Positions 59,768 through 64,000 of a stretch of 64,000 nt of DNA are shown here, in pieces. Position 1 is the stretch's first letter; each line of letters begins with the position of its first letter. The notes beneath the pieces were generated by a model that was not told where the DNA came from, ran no database searches, and saw only the letters and a list, made by a program, of their open reading frames with translations. Source of the DNA: an uncultured delta proteobacterium. GTDB lineage: Bacteria; Desulfobacterota; Desulfomonilia; UBA1062. Location: the NCBI GenBank assembly GCA_963752595.1, contig CAVVYZ010000002.1:256001-320000 (forward strand). Direction: 5' to 3'. Position numbers and translations under genes: made by a program.

Positions 59768-60501
59768 GCGAAGTACTGGACATTGCAAAAAAAGACGGAA
59801 GATGGATCGAGTGTCGGAATTGCTCCGAAATCATCTTGACCAAAAAGCTCGTGGAAAACCTCTGGGTTTGTAATCATTGCGATCACCACTTCAGGCTTGG
59901 CGCCAGGGACCGTGTCAGGATAACATGCGATGAGGGGAGCTTTGTCGAACTCGGCATGGATGAGCAAGACGATGAGGGCGTTCCCGAAGAAGCGATTCTG
60001 TGCGGGAAAGGGGCCATCGACGGCAAGCAATGCTTCTTAGGCGTCATGGATTTCTCCCATAAAGGGGGCTCCATGGGGGTCGCCGTGGGACAGAAGATCG
60101 TGAGACTCATGAAAGCCGCCCAAGAGGGCTGCCTTCCTCTCATTATCTTTACCACTTCGGGTGGGGTTCGTATCCAGGAAGGAATCTGGGGGCTGTTCCA
60201 GATGCTCCGCACTGTCCATGCGCGGGATTCGATTGAGAGCTCCCCTGTGATCACGGTTTTTACCGACCCAACCACCGGAGGGGTCAGTGCGAGCTTCTCA
60301 GCCCTTGGCGATATCCTCATTGCAGAGCCAAAAGCCCGTATCGGATTTGCCGGGCCCAGAGTCATCCAGTCTACCGTACAATGTGCGATTCCTCCGGGGT
60401 TCCAGGATGCCGAGACCCTCATGGCAAATGGTTTCATCGACAGGATCGTACACCGCCGTGATCTTCGCAGCACCCTTTCATTCTTCCTGAAATGGTTCTG
60501 A
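59764..60501 (+). CDS. accD: Acetyl-CoA carboxylase carboxyltransferase beta subunit
   Basis: Zinc ribbon CRNC...CNHC, GGSMG..VGQK, SGGVRIQEG, PTTGGVSAS, IGFAGPRVI. Confidence 0.9.
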   Translation: MSEVLDIAKKDGRWIECRNCSEIILTKKLVENLWVCNHCDHHFRLGARDRVRITCDEGSFVELGMDEQDDEGVPEEAILCGKGAIDGKQCFLGVMDFSHKGGSMGVAVGQKIVRLMKAAQEGCLPLIIFTTSGGVRIQEGIWGLFQMLRTVHARDSIESSPVITVFTDPTTGGVSASFSALGDILIAEPKARIGFAGPRVIQSTVQCAIPPGFQDAETLMANGFIDRIVHRRDLRSTLSFFLKWF

Positions 60502-61640
60502 AAGACATCTCACCGAATGTCTGGTCTTTGGGCCTGGAACGGGTAAGGATTGCCCTTGACCGTCTCGGCCGTCCCGAGAGATCCTACCCGCATGTTCTCG
60601 TTGCAGGCACGAACGGAAAAGGCTCAACCTGCATCTATCTTGAGCGAATCCTCTCCGCCATGGGGTTTCGTGTGGGGACAACCATTTCACCCCATGTGAC
60701 CGATTTTACCGAGCGGTTCAGGATAGACGGCCATAACGCCGCTGAAGAAGAACTGGCGAGCATACGCATGGAGATCGAACCGCTGCTGGAAGATATCGGG
60801 CTGACGTATTTTGAGTGGTGCGTAATCCTCGCAGTCATGATCTTTGCACGGCACCGTGTCGATTACGGCATTTTCGAGATAGGTCTGGGCGGCAGATATG
60901 ATGCGGCAAATGCACTGGATCCGTGCGTGTGCCTGATTACCGAAATATCGCTGGATCACGTCAAGTACCTTGGATCGACCGTTGAGAAGATCGCTGCGGA
61001 GAAGGCAGCCATTGCACGCACGGGCATGCCTCTCATCACCATGGCAACAGGTCCGGCTTTGGAGGTAATACGGTCTTGTGCAGCAGAATCCGGGGCCATA
61101 TTCCGGGAAGTGAACGCGCCGTCCCCGCACAGGACATCTCTGAAAGGATCGAGCCAGCCCATGAATGCAGCCCTGGCCGTGGAGGCTGCTCGTGCACTGG
61201 GCTTCAACCCGAGTGAGAATCAGCTCTCCTATGCCCTGTCGACTGCTTTCCTCCCCGGTCGGATCGAGGATATCGGGGGAAAGATTATCCTCGATGTGGC
61301 CCACAATCCGTCGTCTCTCCGTGAATTGATAAAATATCTTGATCAATCCGGTTTCCATGGGGTAGGGGTGTTTGGTGTTCTTGCGGATAAGGACTACCCC
61401 TCAATGATCGAGATGTTAAAAGATGTCTGCTCACGCCTGTATATAGCACCGGTGCAATCGGAGAGGTCGTGGAGCCCCGCCGACATGGAGCCCTTTCTCG
61501 AGGCAGGGAAAATCATTCGGTTCGGCAGTGTTCGGGAAGCCTTCCAGAAAGCGCTGTCCGAAGGGGAGACCATCGTGGTAGCCGGTTCTTTCTATACCGT
61601 GGGAGAAGTGCGGGAGTCCATTGTATGTACAGGATTCTAG
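60492..61640 (+). CDS. folC: Folylpolyglutamate synthase / dihydrofolate synthase
   Basis: VAGTNGKGST, SPH, TYFE, EIGLGGRYDAAN, SLDH, DVAHNP, GSFY. Confidence 0.93.
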   Translation: MVLKDISPNVWSLGLERVRIALDRLGRPERSYPHVLVAGTNGKGSTCIYLERILSAMGFRVGTTISPHVTDFTERFRIDGHNAAEEELASIRMEIEPLLEDIGLTYFEWCVILAVMIFARHRVDYGIFEIGLGGRYDAANALDPCVCLITEISLDHVKYLGSTVEKIAAEKAAIARTGMPLITMATGPALEVIRSCAAESGAIFREVNAPSPHRTSLKGSSQPMNAALAVEAARALGFNPSENQLSYALSTAFLPGRIEDIGGKIILDVAHNPSSLRELIKYLDQSGFHGVGVFGVLADKDYPSMIEMLKDVCSRLYIAPVQSERSWSPADMEPFLEAGKIIRFGSVREAFQKALSEGETIVVAGSFYTVGEVRESIVCTGF

Positions 61641-63811
61641 CGTGTCTCCTTTTCTCCTTCCTCATAGCTGTCCCCTGTGCTGCAGCAGTCCTGGATGTGG
61701 AGGCTGAGAACGTCCAGAAGCAGGGGCAAAGGGTCGAGGCGTTCGGAAATGTGATCATCAGCGGGCAGGATATCACGCTGAAATCGAATTATGTAGTCTA
61801 TGATACCCTTACCGAGGATATCTGGGCGGCAGGAAATGTCTTTCTCAAAGAAAAAGGCGGGGAGATCACTGCCGAGAGCCTCTATTACAACACAAAGAGA
61901 AAGGATGTCCGCCTGGAGCAGGGCTCCATCTTTGTCTATGCCGAACCGGTCATCATCTCGGGAAAATCGATCACCCGCTACGGAGAAGATGAGTATGAGG
62001 GCGACGATATCGTGTTTACCCCGTGCCTGGGAGACAAGCCCGCGTGGTCCATTGCAGCCGGCAGTTTCGAAGCCCCTTTGGAAAAATACGGGCATGCGGC
62101 CCATGCGAGGTTCCAGATCAGAGATCTCCCTATCTTCTATCTCCCCTACCTCTATTTCCCGGTCAAGCTGCAGAGGCAATCCGGACTTCTTATGCCCTCT
62201 TTCAGCAATTCAACCGATTACGGCTACCGGGCAGGGGTACCACTCTATCTGGTGCTCGGACGAAGCGCAGATGCGACTGTCACACCCATGAATCTCTCCA
62301 GCAGGGGCCTGCTCCTGACAGGAGAGTTCCGGTATCGCCTCAGCGAGCAGGAGGATGGGGGGCTTTACCTCGAAGGCCTGATGAGCGACAAGAAAAGCGG
62401 TGAAGAGCTTCCGGGAAGTGTTCTTGGAACGATTCCCGACAGCAGATGGCTTTTCAGGGCTTACCAGGCCGGCGGAAACCTGACCTGGGATGTCAAGCTC
62501 GCCAGCAACCCGGACTATTTCAGGGACATAGGCTCTTTCTACGCCGACGAGGCAGTCTGGAGGGATTTCTACACCAACGAGCCGGACGACGACCTCGAGG
62601 AGCTCGTTTCACGGGCTCAGTGGAACGTGCAGCGGAAAGGTTTTACAGCCAACATCTCCGGCATATGGACCCAGGATCTTACTGCTCAAAATGATGACAG
62701 GACATTGCAGGAACTCCCGAGGATAGCCCTGAGGACGAATCAACGTAAAATTTCCAAGACTCCGGTATTCATAACCTCGGAGCTGAACTCGGTACATATC
62801 TATTCACTCGACTGGGTCCAGGCCCTCAAGAACGATGCGCAGGTCGGCTTCTCGCTTCCCCTGTCCTATTTCCCTTTTTTCACGCTCATGCCTTCATTTA
62901 CCCAGTACTATCGCGATACATACATCAACGACAACCCGGATCTCTTCCAGAGCGATGCTATCCGGAATCTCTGGGAGAACAGGGATAGTTCCCTTACCAG
63001 CCTCTACAATTCTCAGTTCTTCGGCGACAACCCCGGCATTCTCGAAGACGACACATACCGTGAACTCTGGCAGAGGCGGGAGGTCTCTCTCACCACCACA
63101 CTCTACAGCCAGAGATTTTTGGGCGGGTTGTACCACCAGATAGCCCCGAGCATATCATGGACTCATTTCTCCCGCGTTGGTGGGAACTACGATCCCGGCG
63201 ATGTGGAAGACGTCTTTCCTGAATTCTTACCTGAAGATGACTGGAACAAGGAATTCCAGATGCGGATAGCCATCGAGAATTACATCAGAAACTCCTCCGG
63301 ATGGCCGCTGGCTGATTTTTCGTTGAGCCGCGTATATGATTATCTGATAAGGGAATGGGATTACTATGAGGCCAATATCGTGCTCCAGCCTGTTCCCTGG
63401 TTTACTGCCAGGCATTTCAACAGGTTCGGCCGAGAACCGCACCCTTATGCCACCATCGAGCATTGGAGCCGGCTGACGGTTCGCGATGCGAGGGATGATG
63501 AGCTCTATGCAGCGGAAGAGTACAACAAGGTGGATACCAAATCCGCCCTCATGGGCATGAAGGTGAACCTTGTTAAGGGCTTGTCTGCCCGCTTCGAGCT
63601 CGAGTATGATTTCCTGGACGACAGGGTCGAGAACTCCCGGCAGGCGCTTACCTATACTGCCCAGTGCTGGAGCGTGGACTTCTATCGGGAGGTCGAGCCT
63701 AGTGAAGATAGCACCCCCAGGGAAACAACCATCGGAGTTGCCGCCAATCTTCTGGGAATTGGACAAGTGGTTCGCACAAAACGAAGCATGACAGGATCAA
63801 GCGGACAGTGA
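61625..63811 (+). CDS. lptD: LPS assembly outer-membrane protein LptD
   Basis: Signal peptide, OstA-like N-terminus (AFGNV, FTPC...PAWSI), PYLYFP..RQSGLL.P, C-terminal YTAQCW and LLGIG. Confidence 0.85.
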   Translation: MYRILACLLFSFLIAVPCAAAVLDVEAENVQKQGQRVEAFGNVIISGQDITLKSNYVVYDTLTEDIWAAGNVFLKEKGGEITAESLYYNTKRKDVRLEQGSIFVYAEPVIISGKSITRYGEDEYEGDDIVFTPCLGDKPAWSIAAGSFEAPLEKYGHAAHARFQIRDLPIFYLPYLYFPVKLQRQSGLLMPSFSNSTDYGYRAGVPLYLVLGRSADATVTPMNLSSRGLLLTGEFRYRLSEQEDGGLYLEGLMSDKKSGEELPGSVLGTIPDSRWLFRAYQAGGNLTWDVKLASNPDYFRDIGSFYADEAVWRDFYTNEPDDDLEELVSRAQWNVQRKGFTANISGIWTQDLTAQNDDRTLQELPRIALRTNQRKISKTPVFITSELNSVHIYSLDWVQALKNDAQVGFSLPLSYFPFFTLMPSFTQYYRDTYINDNPDLFQSDAIRNLWENRDSSLTSLYNSQFFGDNPGILEDDTYRELWQRREVSLTTTLYSQRFLGGLYHQIAPSISWTHFSRVGGNYDPGDVEDVFPEFLPEDDWNKEFQMRIAIENYIRNSSGWPLADFSLSRVYDYLIREWDYYEANIVLQPVPWFTARHFNRFGREPHPYATIEHWSRLTVRDARDDELYAAEEYNKVDTKSALMGMKVNLVKGLSARFELEYDFLDDRVENSRQALTYTAQCWSVDFYREVEPSEDSTPRETTIGVAANLLGIGQVVRTKRSMTGSSGQ

Positions 63812-64000
63812 TACCCACAAGGCAGTGGATTTATCGTCTCATGGAGCAGAAACGGATGCCCCTCCATATCATCCGGCACAGCTGCATGGTAAGGATGGCG
63901 GGGGTAATGCTGGCAAACGCCCTCCGGGAGGCCGGGTGCGATATCGATCTCAAGATAGTGGACAGGGCTGCCCTCCTTCATGACATCTGCAAGATGGACT
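63808..64000 (+). CDS. HD-domain (HDIG-type) protein, 5' part; truncated by the window end
   Basis: GTG overlapping the lptD stop; reads MPLHIIRHS...DRAALLHDICK. Confidence 0.8.
   Translation, partial: MIPTRQWIYRLMEQKRMPLHIIRHSCMVRMAGVMLANALREAGCDIDLKIVDRAALLHDICKMD

Overview
About 64 kb of moderately GC-rich bacterial chromosome. Gene content (Ahb alternative heme pathway, acyl-CoA dehydrogenase/EtfAB, Hbd/thiolase, ADP-forming acyl-CoA synthetase, LptD, sigma-54 promoters) suggests an anaerobic Gram-negative Deltaproteobacterium/Desulfobacterota; this taxonomic call is inference. Most of the window is housekeeping: htpG, eno, uvrC, pth, nadCAB, rplU-rpmA-obgE-proBA-nadD-rsfS-rlmH, hemB-ahbD-ahbA, accD-folC-lptD. 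Many genes, including normally essential ones (eno, nadD), carry 1-2 nt frameshifts, which points to uncorrected long-read indels rather than real pseudogenes. The main accessory element is a type I restriction-modification locus (hsdM-abi-hsdS-hsdR). It has an intact AbiF/Abi_2 HEPN gene inserted, preceded by its own sigma-70 promoter and a short, terminated, structured RNA, making it a candidate RNA-antitoxin/HEPN-toxin module. The second highlight lies between nadB and rplU: two tandem sigma-54 promoters share a TATGG-N8-CCATA-type palindrome, one driving a small 8-Cys zinc-finger ORF and the other a ~335-nt structured, terminated, apparently non-coding RNA with an anti-Shine-Dalgarno tract. 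Also present: a bacterial Clp1-like RNA kinase, a PKD x6 + RCC1 x7 putative lipoprotein, a pseudo-receiver protein and an internal duplication in LptD. No tRNA, rRNA, CRISPR array, integrase or transposase was seen. All calls are by motif recognition by eye; no database searches were run.
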